Origin: a virus
Strand: one strand, 5' to 3'
Length of the DNA: 64,000 bases
Virus record (IMG/VR): IMGVR_UViG_3300007255_000001
Coordinates: 1 to 64,000 of that record
Shown here: piece by piece, positions 9,485 to 18,154 of the stretch
Layout of the letters: each line of letters begins with the position of its first letter
Position numbering within the stretch: position 1 is the stretch's first letter
Made by a program: the position numbers and the translations under genes
The notes under the pieces: generated by a model
What the model was told of the DNA's origin: nothing
Databases searched by the model: none
What the model saw: the letters and a program-made list of their open reading frames with translations, nothing else

Positions 9485-10521
9485 TGGCCCTGCGCTTTAT
9501 CGACAGCTTCGACCACTACACCACCACGCAGCTCTCCGCGAAGTGGACCGAGGTGAACTTCACCCCGACGATCGACGCCACCGCCGGTCGGTGTGGGACC
9601 GGCGCGCTCAAGATCGGCACGACGCCCCTCCAGTCGCTGATCAAGGGGATCCCCTTCGGCTCCACTACCGGGGTCATCGGCGCGGCCTTCAAGTTCACCG
9701 GGATCCTCGGCGGCGGGGCGTGGCTGTTCCTCTCCTTCGGGTATCTCAGCCAGCTCCATGTGAGCCTCGCGCGCAACGATGACGGCTCGCTCGCGGTTTA
9801 CCGCAACGGCGCCGGCACCACCCTCCTCGGGACCTCCGCCCCGGATCTCGTCCGCATGGGCGAGTGGTACTTCCTGGAGTTCAAGGCCACGATCGACGGG
9901 GCGGTGGGGACGGCGACGGTGCGGGTGAACGGGGTGCAGGTCCTGGCCCTGACCGGCCAGAATACCGTCGGGGGGCTGGCGGCCGGTGCCGCCTTGAGCT
10001 TCATTCAGCTCACCGGGGCGGCGAGCTCCGGCGCCTCAGTCGACGATCTCTACGTGCTCGATTCGACCGGCGGCACCAACGCCGACTTCCTCGGGGACGT
10101 CCGGATTGAATACCTCCATCCCGACGGCCCGGGCGCGACGCAAGCCTGGGACGTCGTCGGCGCCGCCACGCACTATCAAGCGGTCTGGGACACCGCCGGC
10201 CCGGACGACGACACGACCTATATTCACACGGCGACCGCCGGCCTCGTCGACACCGAAACCTTCAGCAACACGGGACTCCCCGCCGGATCGATCTACGGGC
10301 TGCAGATCGGCCTCTACGCGCGCAAGACCGACAGCGGCCTTCGCCAGATCGCGCCGGTCGTCCGGGCCGGCGGGACCGACTACGTGGGGACCAATAAGGA
10401 GCCGAGCTTCGCCAGCTACGCGTACCTGATCCAACTCTATGAAACCAACCCCGCGACCGCCGCCGCCTGGACGATCGCGGACGTCAACGCCGCCGAGTTC
10501 GGGATCAAGCTCACCACCTGA
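9484..10521 (+). CDS. Jelly-roll/LamG-like fibre protein (candidate receptor-binding protein, copy B)
   Basis: 345 aa, similar in size and position to 7493..8515. Beta-rich, with EWYFLEFKATIDGAVGTATVRVNGV reminiscent of lectin-fold cores. Confidence 0.5.
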   Translation: MALRFIDSFDHYTTTQLSAKWTEVNFTPTIDATAGRCGTGALKIGTTPLQSLIKGIPFGSTTGVIGAAFKFTGILGGGAWLFLSFGYLSQLHVSLARNDDGSLAVYRNGAGTTLLGTSAPDLVRMGEWYFLEFKATIDGAVGTATVRVNGVQVLALTGQNTVGGLAAGAALSFIQLTGAASSGASVDDLYVLDSTGGTNADFLGDVRIEYLHPDGPGATQAWDVVGAATHYQAVWDTAGPDDDTTYIHTATAGLVDTETFSNTGLPAGSIYGLQIGLYARKTDSGLRQIAPVVRAGGTDYVGTNKEPSFASYAYLIQLYETNPATAAAWTIADVNAAEFGIKLTT

Positions 10522-10523
10522 TC

Positions 10524-10961
10524 ATGGCGGGGCTCTTCCAGTACCAGCAGAAGGCCGAGCCGTTCGCGGCGACGATTCCGCCGCCGGCCCCGGAGCTCTC
10601 CTGGCTGCCCCACTTCCCCGACACCGTCCAGCATCGGCCGCCGCAAACGTCGCCGACGCTCTTCTTCCCGCAGGCCCTGATCTCGACGTCCCCGCTCCGC
10701 CTCAGTCAGCTTCCCGCCGAGACCGTCACCCAGTACGCCGCGGCGCTGGTCCGCACGAGCCAGATCCCGGTCGAGATCGTGACCCAGTACGCGCTCGACC
10801 GCCGCCAGACCTACTGCAGCCAGATCGCGGTCGAGATTGTCTACGCCTTCGGGTGCTACACCTATACGCCGTCGCCGACGCTCTCCGCCTGTGTGCTGAG
10901 CTGGCCGACCGACAGCGCGCCCGCCTCGCGTGACTGCCCGATCGATCTGCCGGTAAACTAG
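10524..10961 (+). CDS. Hypothetical protein, partner of the copy B fibre protein; internal SQ(L/I)P(A/V)E(T/I)VTQYA repeats
   Basis: 145 aa. It has an N-terminal W-L-P-x-FPD motif and three internal repeats (SQLPAETVTQYA, SQIPVEIVTQYA, SQIAVEIVYAF). Confidence 0.5.
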   Translation: MAGLFQYQQKAEPFAATIPPPAPELSWLPHFPDTVQHRPPQTSPTLFFPQALISTSPLRLSQLPAETVTQYAAALVRTSQIPVEIVTQYALDRRQTYCSQIAVEIVYAFGCYTYTPSPTLSACVLSWPTDSAPASRDCPIDLPVN

Positions 10962-10970
10962 AGCGCTGCG

Positions 10971-11717
10971 ATGGCCTACACCGCCACCTCGCTGACCGAC
11001 CTCCAAGCCTTCATGGCGACCCGGTGGGATGCGAGTGTCTTCTGGACGGCGGAGGAGGCGCGGCTCGCCCTGAACGAAGCGCTGCGCGACTGGAATCTCC
11101 TCACCGGACGGTGGCGGACCCGCGTGACGCTCTCCTCGCTCGCGGCGAATCCAGAGATTGCGCTGCCGGCGTCGCTCACCTTCGGGATGCGGGTGCGGGT
11201 CGGCACGGCCGCCGCGCTCGACCCCGCCTCCGTCGCGGACCTCGACCTCGGTCGCCCGTCCTGGCGGCGTGAAACCACCACCACCGGTGGAGACGTCCCC
11301 ACTCGCCCGATCATCTGGGCGCCGCAGTCGCTCACGCGGATTGTGATCTGGCCCGCGACGGTCGGGGCGGGGACGAATAATGTGCTGGTGGACGGGGTCG
11401 CTGCGACGCCCGTGCTGGTGCGTCCGGCGGATCTAGTGGATCTCGGCGACGAAGTCGTCGATGTGATCGCCGACTACGCGGTCCATATCGTCGCGTTCAA
11501 GGAAGGCGGCCCGCGCTGGAAGGCCACCCAGGGCTTCTTCACCGCCTTCCTGCAGGCGGCCGCGCTGGAGAACACGCTCCTCAAGCGGAAGCAGGCGTAC
11601 CGGCGGATCGCCGGGCTCGACCGCCGCCGCGATCTCCAGCCGACCAAGAGCGGCCAGACCCAACTCGATAGCGTGATCCAGAACCTGCCGAGTCTCTCAG
11701 GTGGAGGGGGCGGATGA
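10971..11717 (+). CDS. Head-tail adaptor-like protein (paralogue 2 of 3)
   Basis: 248 aa. It shares an N-terminal L-T-(D/E)-LQ ... LLT-x-R ... (I/V)ALPA motif order with the next gene. Confidence 0.55.
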   Translation: MAYTATSLTDLQAFMATRWDASVFWTAEEARLALNEALRDWNLLTGRWRTRVTLSSLAANPEIALPASLTFGMRVRVGTAAALDPASVADLDLGRPSWRRETTTTGGDVPTRPIIWAPQSLTRIVIWPATVGAGTNNVLVDGVAATPVLVRPADLVDLGDEVVDVIADYAVHIVAFKEGGPRWKATQGFFTAFLQAAALENTLLKRKQAYRRIAGLDRRRDLQPTKSGQTQLDSVIQNLPSLSGGGGG

Positions 11718-12343
11718 CCGATCAGCAGCTCCTCACCGAACTCCAGTACGCGCTCCTCGAACCGCCCGACGGCGGCGCCTCCTGGCCGTCGGAAGTCTGG
11801 ACCCGCGCCGAGGTTCTCGACGCCGTGAGTGCGGCGATCCGGGCGCTCCTGCGGGACACGCACCTGCTGACGCAGCGAACCGAGATCGCGGTGCTCGCCA
11901 ACGCGACGTCGGTGGCGCTCCCCGCCGACTGGCTTGCGACAGCGCTGGTGGTCTGGCGGACCGCGGCCAACGTGCGCGTCCCGCTCGGCCCGATCGACGA
12001 GACCGAAGCGGATTTGGGCCTCCCAGCGTGGGAGACGACCGTAGGACGGCCGATCGGCTTCGCCGACATGGACTCCTCCACCTTAACCTTCCGGCTCGTC
12101 CCGACGCCTGACGCCAACGGCACCGTCGAGCTGCTCTACATTCCCCGGCCGGCGGACATCACCGGCGCAGGAGGTACGCTCCCCGTCCCGGATGAGTTCG
12201 CCTCTGCTGAGAAGTACGGCGCCCTCTCGACCCTGCTGAGCAAGGTCGGCCGGCTCCAGGATCCCGACCGCGCGGCCTACTGTGATCAACGCGTGGCGGT
12301 CGCCGAGACGGCGGCTGAGATCCTCCTGAGCGGGTGGGCCTGA
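11714..12343 (+). CDS. Head-tail adaptor-like protein (paralogue 3 of 3)
   Basis: 209 aa with an ATGA overlap with the previous gene. Motifs VALPADW ... LVPTPD ... as in 1784..2731. Confidence 0.55.
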   Translation: MTDQQLLTELQYALLEPPDGGASWPSEVWTRAEVLDAVSAAIRALLRDTHLLTQRTEIAVLANATSVALPADWLATALVVWRTAANVRVPLGPIDETEADLGLPAWETTVGRPIGFADMDSSTLTFRLVPTPDANGTVELLYIPRPADITGAGGTLPVPDEFASAEKYGALSTLLSKVGRLQDPDRAAYCDQRVAVAETAAEILLSGWA

Positions 12344-15300
12344 TGCCCGAACAATCCACCAAACGGGGCGATCCGGTCACCAAAGCGGCCTTTGAAGGGG
12401 CCTTCGAGACCCAAATCGTGCGGCTGGGCTCCGCCGGGCTGAACCTCAAAGACGAGCTCGACGTCCTCCAGCCGGGGCAGTTCGCGCGCCTGACCAACGT
12501 GGATCAGGACCTCACCGGCGCCGCCACCGCGCGCCCCGGCCAGACCAGCTTCGCCACGGGGGGCACCCTCCATCACTCGATCCGGAAGTTTCGCCAGCCG
12601 CGCACCGGGGTCGACACGCGGGTGTGGGGCGTCGACTCGACCCTCGCGATCGGTGCGAGTGGCGCGGTGACCACCGTCGATACCGGCTACAGCGGCAGCC
12701 CCTTGGCGCTCGTCCCCCACCGCCCACCGCTCTCGGGCGACCCGTGGCTCTTTGTGGGCGATGCCAACAAGATGCGGAAGGTGCGGACCGACGGGCTCGT
12801 CCTGCCGATCGGGCTGCCGAAACCCTCGGCCGCGGCGACGGCGGCGCTCGGGCGCGAGTACCGCCGATCGATTGCCAACTTCGATACCTCCGACGCGACC
12901 GCTGCGGCGAACTGGGTGCCCACGAAAGGGATCGATGCACACAGTCATCCATCCGGTCTCCCCTCCGCCGTCGACGAAGCCTCGACCCCGGCCGGCGGCA
13001 ACGACGTCTACTTCACCTCCAACGACGGCTCGATCGACTCAACCTACGACTGCTGGCTCGGCTGCCCGATCAGCCGCGACCTAACGACGCTCTCGCCCAC
13101 CACCGGCGCCCCGGGCGACATCGCCGCCTCTGATGATGACGTGATCCATCTCTGGATGAAGACCTCGAACCCGGCGCTCGTGAAGGAGCTGCGGATCTAT
13201 CTCGTCGTGAATGCCGTCTTCGATCCGACGGGCCTCCCGGGCGTCCCGAAAGCGACCGGCGGGAACTCGGACGCCTACGTGAAGGGCTTCCGCCAGAACG
13301 ACTTCGTGCAGTTCATCCAGGCGACGCAGACCCAGATCGACGCGGCGGAGACCGCCCGGATCTTCGCGACACGCGATCAGGACCTGAAGGATCGCGCCAT
13401 CACGGACAAGCGCACCTCGTGGACGACCGTGCGCGCGATGGTCGATCCCTCGCGGGCGCGCTCGATTCAGATCGGGGCGGGCGGGCATCAATGGTTCGAG
13501 CTGGGGTCGATCGGCTTGTCCCTCCGGCGGCGCGACTTCCAGCGGATCGGCTCGACGTCCGGGCGCGACTGGTCGACGGTGACCGGGATCATCGTCTACA
13601 TGAAGATGGAGCCGACCGATCTCGATCGGATCGTCTCCTGGGCGCTCGACGATCTCTACCTGACCGGCGGCTATGGCCCTGACACGGTCGAGAGCGGCGC
13701 GCAGCCGTACGACTACCGCACCACCCACTATGATCCCCGCACGGGGGCGGAGTCGAATGGCTCGGACACGATGGCGACGACGGCCTACCTCGACTCACGT
13801 CGGCAGCAGATCGTCGTCACCCCGGCAGCCTACGGATCGAGCGCGATCCGGCAGCGCGTCTACCGGCGCGGCGGCTCCCTCATCACCAACTGGTTCTACC
13901 TCGGGGTGACGACGAGCGACGGCGGCGCCTTCACCGACACCTTCACCGACGACGCGATTGCCGCCGCCGGGACCCTCCCGATCGATCACTACCAGCCGGT
14001 GCCGACGGTGGACGCCAACGGCAATACCGTCCTGGCGCAGCCGCTCCCCGCCCTCTGGGGGCCGCTCGAAGGGATGCTGATGGGCTGTGGCGATCCGTAC
14101 CGCCCCGGGCATCTCTACTGGTCCCTGCCGGACTCTCCCGATCACTGGTCGTCGAGCTCGTACAAGGAGGTCTGTCCGCCCTCTGAGGAGCTGATGGCCG
14201 GCGGGGTGATGGGCCAGCAGGCGTTCGTCTTCAGTCGCCTCCGCCTGTACCTGCTCTATCCGAACTTCAGCAACGACGCGCGCATCGACTATGCGCCGTC
14301 GCTCTGCAAGCGGGGGATTCGCGGCCGGACCCACTTCTGCGTCGGCCCCGGCGGGATCTATTTCTACGCGGAAGGCGAGGGGATCTTCCTGACCACCGGC
14401 GGTCCGGAGGAGTGGATCTCGCGGGACATCGATCCGATCTTCCAAGGCGTGACGCGCTACGGGTACCTCCCGATCGACTCCGCCGCGCCCACCGCGATCC
14501 GGTTGACCTGCTGGGAGAATCAGCTCGTCTTCCTGTACCAGGATACGAGTGGCGCGCGGCAGGTGATGGTGTATTCGATCCTGCACAAGCATTGGCGGGC
14601 GTACAGCTTCGGGCGGGCGCTGGCGACGGTGCAGGGGGAAGAGGAGACCGACCTCCTCCTCGGGAGCCTGAACCTCGGGACCACCTATACGCACATCGGC
14701 ACGTCCGACGCGGGGCTCGCGATCGCGTGCACCGCCCGCACCGGCGCCTTTACCGGCGGCCGGCGCGAGGAGAAGCTCTTCGGCGATCAGATCCTCCGGG
14801 CCGACCGCGCCGGGGTGTCGCTGAGTGTCCAGAACTTCCTGAACGTCGAGGCGATCACCAACCCGGTGCAGACCTTGAACGAGGGGACCGGCCGGCAAGC
14901 CTACATCCTCGACGCCTTCGGCGAGTCACCACAGAAAGCGAACGCGATCTCGACGGAGATCTCGTGGTCGTCGGCCACCGCCCGCCCGATCCTCTACGAG
15001 CTCGGCTACGCGATCACGGTCCAACCCGAGATCACCAACAAGCGAGTGACCAACTGGGACGATCTCGGATCGCCCGACGAGTTCTGGCTCTCCGGCGTCA
15101 CCTTCGACGTCGACACCGGCAACGTCGCCCGCACGATCATCATTGAGCGCGACTTCAACGGCGTGCGGGACACCGTCGCCACGCTTACGGTCCTCGCCAA
15201 CAACCGGCACAAGCTGCAGTTCTCCTGGCCGGCGGTCTCCGCGCGGCAGGTGCGCGTCCGCCCGACCGACGACTGCAAGTTCTGGCTGCTCTACCGCGCC

Positions 15301-16317
15301 GACTGGATCGCGCAGGGTGAGCCGCCGCGCATCGCCAAGTGGGACATCCACTTCGAGAACAAGTGGGACCAGTACCACACCGGGCTCGATCTCTACTGCG
15401 ACACCGGGGGGCTGGAGAAGCGGATCGAGGTCTATGTCGATGAGGTGCGCCTGAGCGATCCGCAGACGGGGCTCGCCTACTGGGCGATCACGGCGAACGG
15501 GCGGCGGGTCGTCCACATCACCCTCCCTTGGGGGCGGGGGCACGTCTACCGCTTCCGCGCGATCGACGACAACCCGGGCCTGCTCTACAACCACCGCTGG
15601 CACCTCGACCCCGAGCCCTCTGAGCAGTGGAACTGGAACCAGAACTTCTCCATCTACGGCACGCGCGCCGACAAATGGCTGAAGGCGATCCTGTTCGAGT
15701 GCGACACCTTCGGGCAGAACAAGTCGGTGACGGTGGAGGCGGACGGGGTCGTGGTCGAGACGATCACGGTGAACGCCAGCGGCCGGAAGGTCGTGCAGAA
15801 GGCGATCCCGCAGCACCTGGGGCGGGTGTGGCGGATGTTCCCGGTGGACGGCAACCCCGGGCGGCTCTACACGGCGCAGCCCGTCTTCGACGAGGAGCCC
15901 TACCAGCTCGATCGCTGGGAGACGCAGGAGATCAATTACAGCCTGCCCGGGTGGTTCTACCCGACCTACGGACATCTGGTGCTGAAGTCGACCAAGCCGG
16001 TCACCCTCACGCTGGCGCGCCAGTACAACCAGCGCGGCGGCACCCGGACCGAGACCTACACGATCCCGGCGACCGGCGGGCAGAAGATCCGCTGGTACCA
16101 GACGTTCCAGGCGGGGCGGGACGTGTTCCACAAGTGGCTCGTGACGAGCGCGGAGCCCTTCTGGCTCTACCGGGATGAGACCATCGTGTGGATCCAGCCC
16201 TGGGGCGCCGATCAGCCGAAGGCCGTGCAGCCGTTCGGCAATGACGATATCGATCCGACCCGCACCATGACCAATGCGACCTTTGCCGCGCAAACCTCCG
16301 GGGGTGGGACGCAGTGA
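12343..16317 (+). CDS. Very large tail/nozzle-like structural protein
   Basis: 1325-aa ORF. The ATG at 12343 overlaps the previous TGA; an alternative GTG lies at 12334. It sits between the adaptor-like genes and the ejection-protein set. Function is inferred from position. Confidence 0.55.
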   Translation: MPEQSTKRGDPVTKAAFEGAFETQIVRLGSAGLNLKDELDVLQPGQFARLTNVDQDLTGAATARPGQTSFATGGTLHHSIRKFRQPRTGVDTRVWGVDSTLAIGASGAVTTVDTGYSGSPLALVPHRPPLSGDPWLFVGDANKMRKVRTDGLVLPIGLPKPSAAATAALGREYRRSIANFDTSDATAAANWVPTKGIDAHSHPSGLPSAVDEASTPAGGNDVYFTSNDGSIDSTYDCWLGCPISRDLTTLSPTTGAPGDIAASDDDVIHLWMKTSNPALVKELRIYLVVNAVFDPTGLPGVPKATGGNSDAYVKGFRQNDFVQFIQATQTQIDAAETARIFATRDQDLKDRAITDKRTSWTTVRAMVDPSRARSIQIGAGGHQWFELGSIGLSLRRRDFQRIGSTSGRDWSTVTGIIVYMKMEPTDLDRIVSWALDDLYLTGGYGPDTVESGAQPYDYRTTHYDPRTGAESNGSDTMATTAYLDSRRQQIVVTPAAYGSSAIRQRVYRRGGSLITNWFYLGVTTSDGGAFTDTFTDDAIAAAGTLPIDHYQPVPTVDANGNTVLAQPLPALWGPLEGMLMGCGDPYRPGHLYWSLPDSPDHWSSSSYKEVCPPSEELMAGGVMGQQAFVFSRLRLYLLYPNFSNDARIDYAPSLCKRGIRGRTHFCVGPGGIYFYAEGEGIFLTTGGPEEWISRDIDPIFQGVTRYGYLPIDSAAPTAIRLTCWENQLVFLYQDTSGARQVMVYSILHKHWRAYSFGRALATVQGEEETDLLLGSLNLGTTYTHIGTSDAGLAIACTARTGAFTGGRREEKLFGDQILRADRAGVSLSVQNFLNVEAITNPVQTLNEGTGRQAYILDAFGESPQKANAISTEISWSSATARPILYELGYAITVQPEITNKRVTNWDDLGSPDEFWLSGVTFDVDTGNVARTIIIERDFNGVRDTVATLTVLANNRHKLQFSWPAVSARQVRVRPTDDCKFWLLYRADWIAQGEPPRIAKWDIHFENKWDQYHTGLDLYCDTGGLEKRIEVYVDEVRLSDPQTGLAYWAITANGRRVVHITLPWGRGHVYRFRAIDDNPGLLYNHRWHLDPEPSEQWNWNQNFSIYGTRADKWLKAILFECDTFGQNKSVTVEADGVVVETITVNASGRKVVQKAIPQHLGRVWRMFPVDGNPGRLYTAQPVFDEEPYQLDRWETQEINYSLPGWFYPTYGHLVLKSTKPVTLTLARQYNQRGGTRTETYTIPATGGQKIRWYQTFQAGRDVFHKWLVTSAEPFWLYRDETIVWIQPWGADQPKAVQPFGNDDIDPTRTMTNATFAAQTSGGGTQ

Positions 16318-17012
16318 CGATCAAAGAGGACGCCGCGAAAGTCTTCACGAAGACCTACCCGCACGTGGGTGAGATTGCCGATCCCCCCACGCAGCAGACG
16401 ATCCGCCTCCTCTGGGACCGCATCCACGATCTCGAAGCCCGCCTCTCGACCTCGGAAGGCACCGTCACCAAGCTCGTCTCGGGGCACAACACGAACGAGG
16501 CGAGTATCACCAAGGCCTCGCAGATCGCGCGCTACGCGGTCGGGCTTTTCCAGAAGCCGGGGACCCCGCCGACCTCGGTGACGGCGGGGGGTGAGCCGCT
16601 CCCCGGGGGCGGGGACGGCGGCGCGGGGGAGATCGGGTGCGGGGGAGCGGGGCCGACCGGGCATGACACCGGCGGGCTCCTCAATGCGATCCGCGCCGGG
16701 CAGATCGTCTGTGGGACCGGCAACGAATTCCCCGCGCTCAAGAATCCCACCGCCACCGACGCGCAGCGCGAAGCGAACATGATCGAGCTGCTCCGCCGGA
16801 TGATCTGGCATCTGAAGCAGGCCGGGTTCACCGCCGGGCGGCAGAAGAATCCCTCCGGCCGGGTCAGCAGCGACAAACTCTGTGTCGAAGTCGAGGGTGT
16901 CGTGCGCGTGTACGATGTGTTCATCGGGGCGGCCGCCACCGATCCGCTCAAGACCCATATGGGGGAGACCGCGCCGGCCAACATGCAGGACGATGCCGGG
17001 ATCCCCGACTGA
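16314..17012 (+). CDS. Hypothetical virion protein with a Gly-rich linker
   Basis: 232-aa ORF with a GTGA overlap with the upstream gene. Confidence 0.55.
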   Translation: MTIKEDAAKVFTKTYPHVGEIADPPTQQTIRLLWDRIHDLEARLSTSEGTVTKLVSGHNTNEASITKASQIARYAVGLFQKPGTPPTSVTAGGEPLPGGGDGGAGEIGCGGAGPTGHDTGGLLNAIRAGQIVCGTGNEFPALKNPTATDAQREANMIELLRRMIWHLKQAGFTAGRQKNPSGRVSSDKLCVEVEGVVRVYDVFIGAAATDPLKTHMGETAPANMQDDAGIPD

Positions 17013-17021
17013 GGAGGATCG

Positions 17022-17417
17022 ATGCGTCACCGTGCGCTCCCGCCCGAGGACTGGGACAAGCTCGCCGGCTATGATCCGTTCTCCACGACTGGCTTGCCAA
17101 ATCCCGATCACTGGCGCATCATCGTCGCGGAAGACGACGCGGGCCAGATCCTCGGCTTCTGTGCGCTGTTCGACGCGGTGCACTGGGAGCCGTGGTACGT
17201 GACGCCCGAGGCGCGGCGCAACCCGGCGGTGATTCGCGGGCTGGTCCGAGAAGGCCTCGCGCTGCTCCGATCCCAGTCGGTGTCGGGGGCCTTCGCCGTC
17301 GTCGCCAACGATCAGCCCGAGCTGCACCGACTGATGGTCGAGCGATTCGGGTTCGTCCCCGCCCCGGGGACGCTCTTCGCGATTGACCTCGACGCCCTCG
17401 CCGAGAAGGAGTTCTGA
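17022..17417 (+). CDS. GNAT-family N-acetyltransferase-like protein
   Basis: 131 aa. GNAT-like core ILGFCALFDAVHWEPWYVTPEARRNPAVIRGLVREGL ... LMVERFGFVP (beta4-alpha3 acetyl-CoA loop type). Confidence 0.55.
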   Translation: MRHRALPPEDWDKLAGYDPFSTTGLPNPDHWRIIVAEDDAGQILGFCALFDAVHWEPWYVTPEARRNPAVIRGLVREGLALLRSQSVSGAFAVVANDQPELHRLMVERFGFVPAPGTLFAIDLDALAEKEF

Positions 17418-17419
17418 TC

Positions 17420-18151
17420 ATGGGCTTCATCGCGCCTGCCATCCCCTGGATTGCCAAGGGCGCCGCCCTGCTCGGCGGGCATCTCGCGGCGAAGAAGGCG
17501 CAGTCCTCCGCGATGAAACGGTCGCCCGAGGAGATGGCCGCGCTCACCGGCGCGCAGCAGGCCGGCGGGGAGCTCGCCCAGACCGGGACGGCGCTGACGC
17601 AGAGCGGGGTCGAGGCGACGACGCCTGCGCAGAATTACTACTCGACCCTCCTCCACGGGAACCGCGCGCTCCAGTCGCAAGCGACCTCCGCGGCGCGCGA
17701 AGGGATCACTGATACCTACACGGGGGCGGAGCGCGGCCTGGAGAAGAGTGGCGTACAGGGGGCGGCACGCGACGTCGCCACCGGTGAGCTGCAGCGGCAG
17801 AAGGCGGGCCAAATCGCGGGGCTGGTGACCGGCGTGCAGCCCGGGGCCGCCGGGGCGCTCGGCCAGATGGGCCTCCAGCAGACCGGGCAGGGGGCTCAGC
17901 GCACCTCCAGCGCCGGGAGCCTCTACGCGAACCTCCTCCCGCAAGGGATGCAGAACCGGATGTACGGCCGGCAGGAAGGCGAGAAAGCGGGGACCTCGAT
18001 CGGGGGGTTCCTCTTTGACATCCTCTCCGGGGGCATGGGGAAGCGGCGGGGTGGCGGCGGCGACGACGACGACGGAGACGGCGGCGGCGGGGGCTGGCTC
18101 CGCTCGCGGCAGACCACCCCGAACATGACGACGTGGATGCCAGGAGGCTAG
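17420..18151 (+). CDS. Internal virion/ejection protein candidate (gp14-like position)
   Basis: 243 aa with a hydrophobic N-terminus, a Gln/Ala/Gly-rich body and a GGGGDDDDGDGGGGG tract. It directly precedes two larger ejection-type proteins. Confidence 0.5.
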   Translation: MGFIAPAIPWIAKGAALLGGHLAAKKAQSSAMKRSPEEMAALTGAQQAGGELAQTGTALTQSGVEATTPAQNYYSTLLHGNRALQSQATSAAREGITDTYTGAERGLEKSGVQGAARDVATGELQRQKAGQIAGLVTGVQPGAAGALGQMGLQQTGQGAQRTSSAGSLYANLLPQGMQNRMYGRQEGEKAGTSIGGFLFDILSGGMGKRRGGGGDDDDGDGGGGGWLRSRQTTPNMTTWMPGG

Positions 18152-18154
18152 CGG

